In this document: positions 1-12,518 of the stretch, one piece after another | Layout of the letters: each line of letters opens with the position of its first letter | Position numbering within the stretch: position 1 is the stretch's first letter | DNA from: Octopus bimaculoides | Taxonomy: Eukaryota | NCBI RefSeq assembly: GCF_001194135.2 | Contig: NC_068990.1 | Span: forward strand, 12,031,297 to 12,095,296 | Direction: 5' to 3' | DNA: 64,000 nt | Notes under the pieces: generated by a model | What the model was told of the DNA's origin: nothing | Database searches by the model: none | What the model saw: the letters and a program-made list of their open reading frames with translations, nothing else | Made by a program: the position numbers and the translations under genes

Positions 1-257
1 ATATATATATATATATATATAATTATATAATTATATATATATTATATATAATTATATGTATATATTTTTCCTTTAGTTTCATGAAGTTGGCAAATTTTCT
101 GTTGACACTCAAATTTATTTATTATATTGGTCGCTTGTTCTGAAGTTTGCCTACTTTTGTGGAGTTTTGATTTTATTGTATTTTTTTTATATATTATTTG
201 TGTCAGTTTGTGGTTTGGTGTGATGTATTTTGTTTCATTTTATGAAGTTTTCAATTA

Positions 258-835
258 TGTGTTTGTCTCTTCTATAACTATTTTGAATTTGATTCGTGCA
301 ATACACTTTGCGTGTAATGCATCTATTTTTGATAAGGTTACTGTCTATTGTACTCTTTGCATTGCATTTCTGTCTACAGTAACTTGATCTACAAGACTTC
401 TTGAATGTCTGTTGTTAATCTATGTTTGGTCTGTTCTGTAGTTTTCTTTATCTGGAATTTCATTGGTGGGAGAGAATCCAAACACTCCTTTAAGTAGTGA
501 AGTTACTATTGATATTTTTCTAGGTATGTGGGCATTCGCTGTCTCTGTTTCAGTATAGGCATTTTCTTTTGTGTGTGGGTATGTGTCTTTGGTGTACACT
601 GACAGTGAATTTATTGATTTTTAATTTGAGCATATGTTGAGCTGGGTGCTGAATTTTAGTACTGAGTTGTTCTCTAGGTCTTCCTTTAATGTCAAGATTC
701 CTTCTATGTCCATTACAACTGGTACATCATTTACATCTTGTGACCAAGATATTTGTGTTTATGTATCATTTTCTTTGTTTTCATTACTACTTTTTTCCAA
801 TCTTATATTGATTTTCATGACTAATTTTATGCTTT
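258..835 (-). pseudogene. Decayed reading frame of unknown origin, possibly a retrotransposon ORF1 remnant
   Basis: One minus-strand frame runs ~190 codons (..RLEKSSNENKENDT*TQISWSQDVNDVPVVMDIEGILTLKEDLENNSVLKF..LLKGVFGFSPTNEIPDKENYR..) with only 4 internal stops (759-761, 621-623, 420-422, 345-347), all TAA/TAG. The coding strand is A-rich. No motif recognised. Confidence 0.3.
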
Positions 836-1054
836 TTTGATTTTATTTTCAAAAATTTAACTGTTACTTTTATATGACACATATATAATACAAAATCACA
901 TTAAAAATACAAATCCAAAACCAGGAGAAAAAAATTGGAAAAAGAGGAACAGAGAAAGAAGAAAGCTATGTCTTGAACACCATCTCAAATGTTCTTGAGA
1001 TTTGAGCCCTTTTTTGCTTAGTTAAACTGTTTAGCACCTAAACCATTGTAGAGT

Positions 1055-1225
1055 AGTTGGCAGCCAAAGGATTTATATGCCACATCTCATGCAATACGTC
1101 ACACCAGAACAGAACACAGTTGGAAGGACATATCTCAGCTCTCACCAAACTGACCAAGGAAGAAATCTCAACTGTTTTTGTGTTGTCTCATCTTCAAAAT
1201 AACGAATGGCCAAGCAAATACAGTT
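1055..1225 (+). mobile_element. Possible RTE-type LINE 3' end (C-terminal zinc-finger remnant plus short 3' UTR)
   Basis: The frame reads GFICHISCNTSHQNRTQLEGH, loosely like the terminal C-x-C...H finger of RTE ORFs. It is followed by gtctcatcttcaaaataacgaatgg, which resembles RTE 3' ends. Confidence 0.3.
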
Positions 1226-2026
1226 AAGCTGATCCCTACATTGTTGTCTCATTACAAGTAAGAATTTTATAGTTTATGTATGTATACATGCTTAGTCTCT
1301 CCTCAATAAAATCTTATTAAATGTTCATGGGTTTGCTTATTGTAGTAGTATATACAACCAGCTTTATTTTGCACCATGTTTAATACAGCATCAACAACAG
1401 CTTTGACAGTGAACTAATGCCTCATACCCAATTGCTATATTGGTGACCACCAAATTCAACACAGTATTATATTTGGATTATCATAGTGGTCCTTTTATGT
1501 AGCTAATGGACTGGTGTACACTAAGCTTTTACTGTTCCCTTTTCAAGAATGGTGAACCTGGGAGGCATTTCCTTTGTGTGTGTACGTATAGATAGATAGC
1601 TATACATACTTACATAAGCAAAACCTTGGAGTGTGGAAAGTAAAAGAATATTTGATATTTCCACAGAGTTACAGCTGTTTCATAATTTACTCCTAGTAAC
1701 ATCATTAACTTCATTACATTGGAACATATACACTAAATACACATCAGACACACACATATTATATACATGTATGCATGCATATATATGCACACACACAACA
1801 TTATACAGTATAATTGTATAGACATACAATGATGCTCAAAATAGAGAAAGCTAATCTTCTTGCCATATTCCATATACATTACGTGTGTGTACTCTGTATT
1901 GTATATGTGCCAATTCCTCAAAGTGAATGACATAACAGGGAGTAAACTGTGAAAGAGCTGAAACTGTCCAGAAATAATAAATTTTTCCCTTGCCCCTTAT
2001 ATCTCCTTTCCTTTATTCCTTAAATA

Positions 2027-2303
2027 TACTACAATGGAAATATTACTTTGTGCATCCTGGATTTTCGGTTGCATAGTTATGTTCAATTACATCATAAGTT
2101 AATTAATGTGTGACCTGACAGCCACTTTCTCAGCAAGAGTGCTTACAGTGAGTTTTGCTTAATTATCCAAATTGAATTATCTACTTCATATATATTGGTA
2201 TGGCTTAGCTGTTAGGTCACACATTAATTAATTTGTGATGCAACTGAACACAACCATGCAACTGAAAATGCAGGATACACACAGTAATATTTCCATCATA
2301 ACA
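2027..2303. mobile_element. MITE with ~95-bp TIRs and TA flanks (Tc1/mariner-like)
   Basis: 2027-2122 is the reverse complement of 2208-2303 (e.g. aattaatgtgtgacctgacagc vs gctgttaggtcacacattaatt; atggaaatattact vs agtaatatttccat). TA lies at 2025-2026 and 2304-2305. Mismatches are mostly transitions. Confidence 0.8.
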
Positions 2304-2724
2304 TATATAAGAAGCAAAGTAAAGGAGAGTGTTGTATCCTCTGTCTCCAATGTCATGATATTGTGACAGATGGCTTAGATGCACTCTACCAGTGTAATAA
2401 CAGTAAACAAGATAATGATGCAGCCGTAATAACAGCGTAATGATCCAACAATCTCCTCATGAACTAACAATCAATATTCCAAATGAATTAACCAATCGAC
2501 ACCTTTCGACTTCACTGTGGACTCAACTCAAACTAACACACAAATTTCACTCTGACTGCTACTATTTATAATCACTTGGTCCAGTATATTTCTTGCAAGG
2601 GGGCGTCATGTCTTTCATCACAACAGAGATGTAAGAGGCAAAAGAAAAATTTATTATTTCTGCATGGTTACAGTTGTTTCACAGTTTAATCCCAGTTACA
2701 TCATTCACTTTGAGGAGGCTTTCA

Positions 2725-3585
2725 GAGACATTCTTGTATCCATTTGAGAGGAAGATAGTATGCAAGCATAATTTTGAGATGCCACCATAATTGCACTCCA
2801 CAAGAATAAAGGTGTCAAATCGAACCGCAGAAATTACTGGGGCATTTCCTGCTTTCTGTTGCTGGAAAAATCCTGCATCCTCTTTAACAGGCTCATCACC
2901 AGCGTCTCTGAGAGAAACTTACCTGAAGCCCAGTGTGGTTTCTGCCCTGGCTGCTGCATCATAGATATGGTGTTTGCTTTGTGTCAAGTCAAGGAGAAAT
3001 GTATTGACCAATGGATGGATTTGTACTCTGTCTTCATAGACGTGACCAAAGCTTTTGGCACCATTAGCATAGAAGTTTTGAGGACCATCCTAACGAAACT
3101 GGGCTGCCCACACAAGTTCACCACATTGATAAGACTCTTTTGATGACAATATGACCAGTCAAATTCTTTGCAATGGCGACTGCACCAACTCTTTCAACAT
3201 TTCCAATGGTGTGAAACAAGGCTGTGTCCTCGCCCTCATCTTGTTCAACTTGTTCTTCACACAGGTTGTACCTTACACAGTGAAAGACCTAGATCTGGGC
3301 ATACACATCAAACGGTGCTGTTTAGGCCCACACCAACTCTCTGCTCAAATCAAGACATTGGAAAAGTTTATCTCTGAAGTCATATTTGCAGATGACTGTG
3401 CCCTTATGGCACATAAGGAAAATCACCTGCAAAAGCATCAACGTTCTTTGGACTGACCATCAGCCTTGAGAAAATGGACATCCTAGTTCAAGCAGCCATG
3501 AACACAATTCACTCCCAGCCAAACATCACCATTGAGGGAGTCCATCTTAAGTGTTTGGAAATTTCAGGTACCTTGGCAGCACAAA
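2725..3585 (+). mobile_element. RTE-clade LINE reverse transcriptase fragment, frameshifted pseudogene
   Basis: Translations include DATIIALHKNKG..NYWGIS, LPEAQCGF, IDMVFAL.Q..EKC, FIDVTKAF, KLGCP.KFTTLIRLF, SNGVKQGCVLALILFNLFF, IFADDCAL (RT catalytic motif) and QPNITIEG. Stops and frameshifts separate the segments. Confidence 0.93.
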
Positions 3586-3937
3586 TGTTCAAATGTTGGA
3601 TCTTATTATACATTTATATATATCCAATGTTTATTTGCTTTCATTATGGCCTGCATCTTGTGGTGAACTACATCTACCAACATTATGAATGATCACTGAG
3701 CCTCCAGAAACAGCTGTTGGACTTATAATACCTTACCTCTTCCCCTTTAATTTTCTCTGTCATTTGCACTCTGTGTAAGTTTGGTCTATTAGCATAAATA
3801 TCTATATATTCATTATCTCAAAGTTTTCAGTCTCTACTTCCTCTCTATTTGCATGCATAGATATATTACATATTTTGTATATCAAAGACATGGCGTTATA
3901 TTTAATTTGTTCGTTCACAAAATTCTCTCACTCTCTC

Positions 3938-3973
<36 letters not shown>

Positions 3974-5303
3974 NNNNNNNNNNATATATATTATTTTATT
4001 GGTATACATATGTATATATATATAGAAAATACAAAATGGGACAAGAATGCAAAACATCCAGATAGACGATACAAAGAAAGCAAGGTGAGGTCATTCGGTG
4101 TTTTCTTTCCTCAGTTGAGTTCCCAATTATCTTTGCAATTTCGGCTGGTTATATGTATATATATAAAACCATGACCTCTTTTCATTCAGTTTTACCTTAT
4201 TTCTTTACTCATATATACTTATCTGTTTTATCACCACTCTTCTTTATTTAATAATTTCATATAATTTTCTGAGTTTGTTTCCTCTTTCTCCTTCCAGTTT
4301 TTTCTATTTATCATCCTTATTTTTTGAGAGTATCTTTATATATTTTTTAATTAACTACTAACAATAAGATTTGAAATTCCTAACATTCTAAATTTAATAA
4401 TAAATTTCAGATTGCTACCTATTCCTCTCCTGATAGTTAATGAACATATATATATATACATATATATATATACATATATATNNNNNNNNNNNNNNNNNNN
4501 NNNNNNNNNNNNNNNNNNNNNNNNNNNNNNNNNNNNNNNNNNNNNNNNNNNNNNNNNNNNNNNNNNNNNNNNNNNNNNNNNNNNNNNNNNNNNNNNNNNN
4601 NNNNNNNNNNNNNNNNNNNNNNNNNNNNNNNNNNNNNNNNNNNNNNNNNNNNNNNNNNNNNNNNNNNNNNNNNNNNNNNNNNNNNNNNNNNNNNNNNNNN
4701 NNNNNNNNNNNNNNNNNNNNNNNNNNNNNNNNNNNNNNNNNNNNNNNNNNNNNNNNNNNNNNNNNNNNNNNNNNNNNNNNNNNNNNNNNNNNNNNNNNNN
4801 NNNNNNNNNNNNNNNNNNNNNNNNNNNNNNNNNNNNNNNNNNNNNNNNNNNNNNNNNNNNNNNNNNNNNNNNNNNNNNNNNNNNNNNNNNNNNNNNNNNN
4901 NNNNNNNNNNNNNNNNNNNNNNNNNNNNNNNNNNNNNNNNNNNNNNNNNNNNNNNNNNNNNNNNNNNNNNNNNNNNNNNNNNNNNNNNNNNNNNNNNNNN
5001 NNNNNNNNNNNNNNNNNNNNNNNNNNNNNNNNNNNNNNNNNNNNNNNNNNNNNNNNNNNNNNNNNNNNNNNNNNNNNNNNNNNNNACATTTTAATGCACT
5101 AAAACCTTTGTTCCTCGAATATGCACTTCTGATCTTGGGGTACATCTAATATCCCTGTGCATCATTTAAGCTACCAAATATGGTACACGCAAGAATATAT
5201 AGATGTATCAGGTTACTGAAGACTTCAGTCACTCACCTTTCAGCCTCGCACAATCCTCTAATCACTAACATGTCTTAACCTTTCATCAGTAACAAACCTG
5301 ATG

Positions 5304-5540
5304 AGGGTGATGAGCTGGCAGAATCATTAGCACACCGGGAGAAATGCTTAGCAGTATTTCATCTGTCTTTACATTCTGAGTTCAAATTCCACCGAGGTCG
5401 ACTTTGCCTTTCATCCTTTCGGGGTTGATTAAATAAGTACCAGTTATGCATTGGGGTCAATGTAATCCACTTAATCTCTTTGTCTGTCCATGTTTGTCCC
5501 CTCTATGTTTAGTCCCCTGTGGGCAATAAAGAAATAAAGA
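5304..5540 (+). mobile_element. SINE family A, variant with ...cccctgtgggcaataaagaaataa tail
   Basis: The head gagctggcagaatcattagc and B-box-like gagttcaaattcc are followed by gtcgactttgcctttcatcctttcgggg. The same body recurs more than 10 times in the window. Confidence 0.9.
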
Positions 5541-5890
5541 ACCTGGTGAACAAGTATAAACCTTTGCATCAAAGACATGTTTACCTCTCTAGTGTTGGTT
5601 GTATACTTTAGCCACTTGCACACTCTCTAACTTTATTTCTGCTAGGAAAGCCATCCACTCTTAGAAATTATGCCAACACTAAAGCACAAGTAAACTGTGG
5701 CTCTCTGACCCATGTATGTGAGCACACCTTTAACAATAGTGACACACCCAACCTATGCCTTATATATAATGCATATGTGTTTGCATACATTCATGTATAA
5801 AATATATACATGTGTATGTGTGTATATATATATATATTTTTCATATATTCATAGATATACACACGTATATACCTACCATGTGTATGTATA

Positions 5891-5924
<34 letters not shown>

Positions 5925-7063
5925 NNNNNNNNNNNNNNNNNNNNNNNNNNNNNNNNNNNNNNNNNNNNNNNNNNNNNNNNNNNNNNNNNNNNNNNNNNNN
6001 NNNNNNNNNNNNNNNNNNNNNNNNNNNNNNNNNNNNNNNNNNNNNNNNNNNNNNNNNNNNNNNNNNNNNNNNNNNNNNNNNNNNNNNNNNNNNNNNNNNN
6101 NNNNNNNNNNNNNNNNNNNNNNNNNNNNNNNNNNNNNNNNNNNNNNNNNNNNNNNNNNNNNNNNNNNNNNNNNNNNNNNNNNNNNNNNNNNNNNNNNNNN
6201 NNNNNNNNNNNNNNNNNNNNNNNNNNNNNNNNNNNNNNNNNNNNNNNNNNNNNNNNNNNNNNNNNNNNNNNNNNNNNNNNNNNNNNNNNNNNNNNNNNNN
6301 NNNNNNNNNNNNNNNNNNNNNNNNNNNNNNNNNNNNNNNNNNNNNNNNNNNNNNNNNNNNNNNNNNNNNNNNNNNNNNNNNNNNNNNNNNNNNNNNNNNN
6401 NNNNGGTTCGACACCATCCCATTTCTGACTTTCACTCACAAAAATCCAGACCAGTTTTCCATTATGCAGACAAAAAAAAAAAAATCATAATATCATGATG
6501 TACTACTTTCTACTGCTGCAGTTCTTCAGGTAGGATTTCTTCCAAAGTTTATTTCCTGACAGTGTCAGAGTTACTGCATATAGTTCAAGTATTCTGTAGT
6601 CTTCCACCAACAAATCTGCAGAAATAATGATATAAAATTAAAATTTAATTTTTTCTCTTTTTAAAAGATTTATTAAAATAAAATTTCAAGTGTGCATGCT
6701 GTCAAAATGAAACTGATTTAAAATAGTAATAAAGTAAATGAAAGGAAAAGAAATCCCACAGGAAAATAAAAAGAAAAATTAATATTTGCTGGCACTATAT
6801 TTCACCAAAGTACGAATATTGTTAGCAAAGTTTGGTTGTAATTTAATATTGCAAGACACTGTAACAAATAATAACAATAATAATAATAATAATAACTGTT
6901 TGAAAGTTTGGCACAAAACCAGCAATTTTGAGGGTAAGTAATTAAAAAAAACAAAGTTGGCCTCTTTTCATGATGATGACATAAAGTACTAGTGAAGTAC
7001 TAGTGTCGATGGTAACAAGAAACTCTACCCCTAAAATTTGTTTGCCTCGGGCCTCAATAGAAA

Positions 7064-7065
7064 AC

Positions 7066-7116
<51 letters not shown>
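7064..7116 (+). repeat. (TAT)n microsatellite directly upstream of a SINE A copy
   Basis: Pure tattattat run. Confidence 0.95.
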
Positions 7117-7117
7117 G

Positions 7118-7260
7118 AAAGTGGTGAGCTAGCAGAATCATTGGCATGTCAGACAAGCTGTTTAGTCATATGCCTTCTGTTTCACACTGGGGCTGATGTA
7201 ATCAATTAGACCCCATCCCACAAAATTTCGGGCCATGTGCCTGTAGTAGAAAGGATTATT
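7118..7260 (+). mobile_element. SINE family A, internally deleted
   Basis: The head ggtgagctagcagaatcattggc is joined to the tail ctggggctgatgtaatcaattag..aaatttcgggccatgtgcctgtagtagaaaggattatt. Confidence 0.8.
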
Positions 7261-7261
7261 T

Positions 7262-7592
7262 TGGTTTGTCTCAGGTTTGGTCTTATTCCAGGTAGGATCT
7301 ATGTGGGTAGCAGGTTACTACCTGTAACCTTAGGCATCCACCAGTTTTCAGCAGCCTTTCAAGTGCATAGGACCCTCCTGATAATCCTTGCTGTCTCTAA
7401 GAGACAAACTTTCCGTAGGAGCTCTACCAGGCATTTCTATTTCAATCTCCCTCAGTCAATTGTCTAAATCTTCGCTTACCGTTCCCAGCACACCAATTAT
7501 TATAGGCATGACCTTTACTGTTCACAGGCTCCAAATTCTTCCTATTTCAAATTTTAGGGCACTGTATTTTTTTTTTGCCTTTCTTCCACTTT
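7262..7592 (-). mobile_element. 3' end of an RLE-type (R4/Dong/NeSL-like) non-LTR retrotransposon
   Basis: The minus strand reads EERQKKKYSALKFEIGRIWSL*TVKVMPIIIGVLGTVSEDLDN*LREIEIE and, after a frameshift, LLRKVCLLETARIIRRVLCT*. This is the typical C-terminus after the restriction-like endonuclease. A short 3' UTR follows. Confidence 0.85.
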
Positions 7593-7596
7593 CTTT

Positions 7597-7835
7597 ACAG
7601 GAGCGGCTGTGTGGTAAATAGCTTGCTTACCAGCCACATGGTTCGGGTTAATTCCCACTGTGTGGCACCTTGGGCAAGTGTCTTCTACTATAGCCTCAGG
7701 CCGACCAAAGCCTTGTAAGTGGATTTGGTAGATGGAAACTGAAAGAAGCCCGTCGTATATATGTATATATATATGTATGTGTGTGTATATGTTTGTGTGT
7801 CTATGTTTGTCCCCCCAGCATCGTTTGACAACCCA
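7597..7835 (+). mobile_element. SINE family B (tRNA-like head, internal TA/TG microsatellite), 3'-truncated
   Basis: ggctgtgtggtaaatagcttgcttaccagccacatggttcgggtttaattcccactg..ggcaagtgtcttctactatagcc..gaaagaagcccgtcgtatat. Confidence 0.9.
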
Positions 7836-8149
7836 AGTACTTGATTGGTACTTTATTTGTCAGTTGCAGAAGGAGAAAATGCAAAGTTAATCTCCATGGG
7901 ATTTGAACTTGCAATGTCTCACTTAGGTTTAACTACACAGAATTTTGGTAATGAATTATATTTGATTCAAACCAACATTCAGAATTTCAATAGTACTTCA
8001 ATTAATTATCCATAAAAATGAAATGTAAGTTTGACCTCAAATGTGTTTGAGCTTTCAATGTAAAGGAATGTCTCCATGGAATTTTAATCTTTTTTTTATT
8101 TACATTGAACAAAAGCAATAAATATGTAGAGAAAGTGTTTAGGCAATTC

Positions 8150-8765
8150 GGTACAGGTGTGGCTGTGTGATAAGAAGCTTGATTCCCAACCACATGGTTC
8201 TTGGTTCAGTCCTACCACATGACACCTCGAGCGAGTATTTTCTGTTATAACCTTGGACCAACCAAAGCTTTATGAGTTGATTTGGTAGACAGAAACTGAA
8301 AGAAGCCCATCATATATATATATATATATATANNNNNNNNNNNNNNNNNNNNNNNNNNNNNNNNNNNNNNNNNNNNNNNNNNNNNNNNNNNNNNNNNNNN
8401 NNNNNNNNNNNNNNNNNNNNNNNNNNNNNNNNNNNNNNNNNNNNNNNNNNNNNNNNNNNNNNNNNNNNNNNNNNNNNNNNNNNNNNNNNNNNNNNNNNNN
8501 NNNNNNNNNATATATATATGTATATGTGTGTGTGTATGTATCTTTGTTTATGTTTGTCTCCAACAACCACTTGACAACTGGTGTTGGTGCATTTACATCC
8601 CCATAACCTTAGCAGTTCAGCAAAAGAGATCAATAGAATAAGTACTGGGCTTTTAAAAAAAAAGTATTAGGATTGATTCGTTCAACGTAAACATTCTTAA
8701 AGGTGATGCCCCAGCATGGCCATAGTCTGATGACAGAAACAAGAAAAATTAAAAAATTTAAAAAT
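8150..8765 (+). mobile_element. SINE family B, full length, with an assembly gap in its internal microsatellite
   Basis: The head runs 8150-8310, the gap 8333-8509, and the tail tttgtctcc..cagcaaaagagatcaatagaataagtact..ccagcatggcc follows. Confidence 0.88.
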
Positions 8766-10089
8766 AAAAGAAATTAGATTGACTGCTACACATTAGAGGT
8801 GTGTGGTCTACTGACCCTGGAAGGATAAACAGCTAAGATGACCTTGACAAGATTTGAACACCAAAGGGACATAACTAAATAGTGCTTAGTAGTCCTGCTT
8901 CGCACTGGTGTATTTCAGTAATGTTTTATGTCAGCAATTCCTTCACCTTAAAGAACAATAATAATAATTATTATAATAATAACAATAATAATGATACTAA
9001 TAATAATATTAAATAATAAATTTCTTTATTAGCCACAAAGGATCTGAGACGATAAGAGCTCTAGAGAGAACAGGGCAACACAATGTGAGTTTACACAAAA
9101 GCATGTGAAAATAAAATAAGAAATGCTTGAGGTGACAAAAAATACTAAAGAAAAAGGGAAAGACCCCAATAACGAGGATAGCTACTACTCATGATTAATA
9201 GATCAACCTCCACCTACCCATCAGTCTTATAACCGATCTTAGATTATATCTTAACATGTAAGTTTAAATGGAAATTGTGAAACAGTTACATGTAAATATG
9301 ATATATTGTGTTCAAATTTAGGCAAGTATAGAAATTGTATTGTTATAACTGAGAGTGTATAATCTGATTGTGATTGTAACATTCCACTGTGACCATAAGA
9401 AAGTTGATGAGGGCTCTCTAACTGTCAAAGTTTATTATTTACTTTACAGTTAAATTATCAACCTGATAGATCTGGAGAAGAAAGATTCCTGGCAATGAGG
9501 TAGAGAGCAGGGCATGTAGTTGATGGGTCTTTGAGGAAAATTCTCTAGCCTTTGAGTTAGACATAGGTGAGAAAATATAAAACTAAAAACTAATTCTGTG
9601 AACATTGTAAGTGAAACATTGAACAAATATTGGAATAGCCAGTGGTCTGATCACCTCAGTGACATCTTCGTCCAATAACACAAAATGATAAAAAAGCAGT
9701 GATAACTATGTAACTATAGAAATATTTAAGGACCCATCATCATTATCACAATCATAATCGTCATCATCATCATTTTACATTTTTTTTATGTTGGTATGGT
9801 GTTGTCTTTGCTGTTGTTGTTTTTGTTGTTATTTAACCCCAGGTCAAATCACATCAAGCAAGTCTATGATTAAGAATATCTTTTACTTCTTTCTGTTTTT
9901 TTTTTCTTTTCAGAGTCCTTCCCAGGGCTAAAATATCCAATAAGATTTTGTTTAAGGTGAGTATAATTTGACAGAAATTTTGGTGGTGATTCTAAGAAAC
10001 TCGATGACACATAAAGACACTTTTTAACTTTGGAATGAAAAAAAAAAATTTAATATATTAGAAATAAATAAAACAAAATAAAAATATTT

Positions 10090-10235
10090 TGCTCTTGATG
10101 ATGGTGGTGGTGGTGGTGATGGTGGTGGTAGTGGTGGAGGTTGAGGTAGACTGCAGTGTGATGGTGTTGTAAAGACTAATACTTGCTGGTAATATAAGTA
10201 AAATAGGTTCCATGCTGAGGAAGGTAAGGTCACAA

Positions 10236-10282
<47 letters not shown>

Positions 10283-10360
10283 TAAATGATAATAATAATA
10301 ATAATAAAAATGATTATAATAATAATAATAATAATGATAATGATGATGATGATGATGATG

Positions 10361-10391
<31 letters not shown>

Positions 10392-10901
10392 TAATAATAA
10401 TAATAAATGGTGATGATGATGGTAAAGACATAACATGAAAGAGAATGTAAGCAACCATATGTGGTTTTAAGGTGATGCTAGTTTGGTAGTGTTTGGTGAT
10501 GGCATTATTACTAGTAAAATGGTGAAAATGGTATAGAATGCTGCCGTTAGCTGCTATCAACATCAACAGTGAGAAAAAGAGAGAAAGAAGGAAAGTGAAA
10601 GTAAGAGAGAAAGAACGAGAGAGAGAGAGAGAAGTAGAGAAAAAAAAAATAGAAATGCTGGAAAGAAAATGCAAAGCAGTCTTCATTACAGACATCCATC
10701 TTTATACTGTCTTCATTACTATGGTGGCTACAACAGACGGTTAGCCTGCAACAAGGAAATTCTGCTACTAGAGCTGCCTTAATTTCTGCTGCTGACTGCT
10801 TTGGCTAACTGCTACTGCCACCAACAGTGTTAGCAGAGAGACGATGATGTGTTGGTGTTGCTATTGTTGTTGTTATTTGTATTAGCGATACTGTAGTTCA
10901 A

Positions 10902-10966
<65 letters not shown>

Positions 10967-11790
10967 TAATAATAATTATAATAATAATAATAATAATGAT
11001 AATAATGATAATAATCATTATTCAATTCATCATAAACATTATCGTCTACCTTGTCATCACCAACACCATCATTATCATCATCATCATCACCATCATCATC
11101 GTCATATGCTTCACCTTAGCATAAGAAGCACCATCCTCTCTATCAACAGCACCAATTCCATTACTACTACTACTACTACTACTACTACTACAACTACTAC
11201 TACTACTACTACTACTACAACTACTACTACTACTACTACAACTACTATCACTGCTGCTGCTGCTACTACCGCAGTTGCAACTACTACTATTACTACTATT
11301 ACTACTACTACCACAACTACTACAGCTGCTGCTGCTGCTACTACTACTACTACTGCTACTGCTACTACTACTACTACTAGCATTATTGTTTTTACTACTA
11401 CAACAACTGCTGTTGTTGCTGCTGCTGTGCCCAATAGTGGTGGTGATGATGTCTAAAAGTGACAATGATGATGATAATGATGATGATGCAGAGAGAACTG
11501 ATAACGTAGATGTTAAATAAGATGAAAATAGTGATGATGATGATGATGATGATGATAATAATAATCATCATCATTATCATCGTCATCACCATCATCATCG
11601 TCATTATCCTCACGATTGTGATGAGGATGACGATGATGGCGATGATGACAATGTTGATGATGCTGACGGTTGCAATGACGGAAGTGAAAGCAACAGAGAA
11701 GGCAGCAGCAACAGCAGCAATGAACGTGCAAAACAAATGATGCTGATGATGGTGGTGATGGTGGTGCTGATGATGAATGCGATGGGCTGT
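10090..11790. repeat. Mosaic of trinucleotide repeats (GGT, AAT, GAT, CAT, ACT, GCT) with a GA-rich spacer
   Basis: Seen directly; it produces the poly-T/S/I/V/H/D ORFs in the track. Confidence 0.9.
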
Positions 11791-11846
11791 CTTTGATGCC
11801 AATATCACAGCTTATCACACTGCCATATAGATACGCATATACATAC

Positions 11847-11886
<40 letters not shown>

Positions 11887-12185
11887 NNNNNNNNNNNNNN
11901 NNNNNNNNNNNNNNNNNNNNNNNNNNNNNNNNNNNNNNNNNNNNNNNNNNNNNNNNNNNNNNNNNNNNNNNNNNNNNNNNNNNNNNNNNNNNNNNNNNNN
12001 NNNNNNNNNNNNNNNNNNNNNNNNNNNNNNNNNNNNNNNNNNNNNNNNNNNNNNNNNNNNNNNNNNNNNNNNNNNNNNNNNNNNNNNNNNNNNNNNNNNN
12101 NNNNNNNNNNNNNNNNNNNNNNNNNNNNNNNNNNNNNNNNNNNNNNNNNNNNNNNNNNNNNNNNNNNNNNNNNNNNNNNNNNNNN

Positions 12186-12230
<45 letters not shown>

Positions 12231-12518
12231 GTATGTATGTATGTATGTATATAGGCATGTATATGGCTAGTTTCTGTCTTTTTACGTTGGGTGGACACAT
12301 GTATTAGAAAAAAATAACAGACCAAAAAATCTAAATAAAAACACAGAAATATAGATTAGTATTGAATCAAATCAAATGCAAATGAAAGTTACAAGAGTGG
12401 TGCCATTTGCCGAAATTAGTGACAAGATGAATCTGAGTTATCGGAAGAAATACCGCCACACTGCTATCTTAAGTCAGTTCCATTCCATTTTCTCTTGCAA
12501 CTATGCCACTAATCTTAC

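Noticed and set aside
7597-7680. tRNA-like A/B boxes in SINE heads as tRNA genes
   Set aside because: They continue into SINE bodies, are multi-copy and degenerate, and show no complete cloverleaf.
9450-9566. Exon-like segment ttacag|...|gtgaga on the plus strand
   Set aside because: All three frames contain stops and there is no other support.
10538-10744. Lys/Arg/Glu-rich ORF resembling a coiled-coil or NLS protein
   Set aside because: It is a translation of a GA-rich low-complexity tract without splice or homology support.
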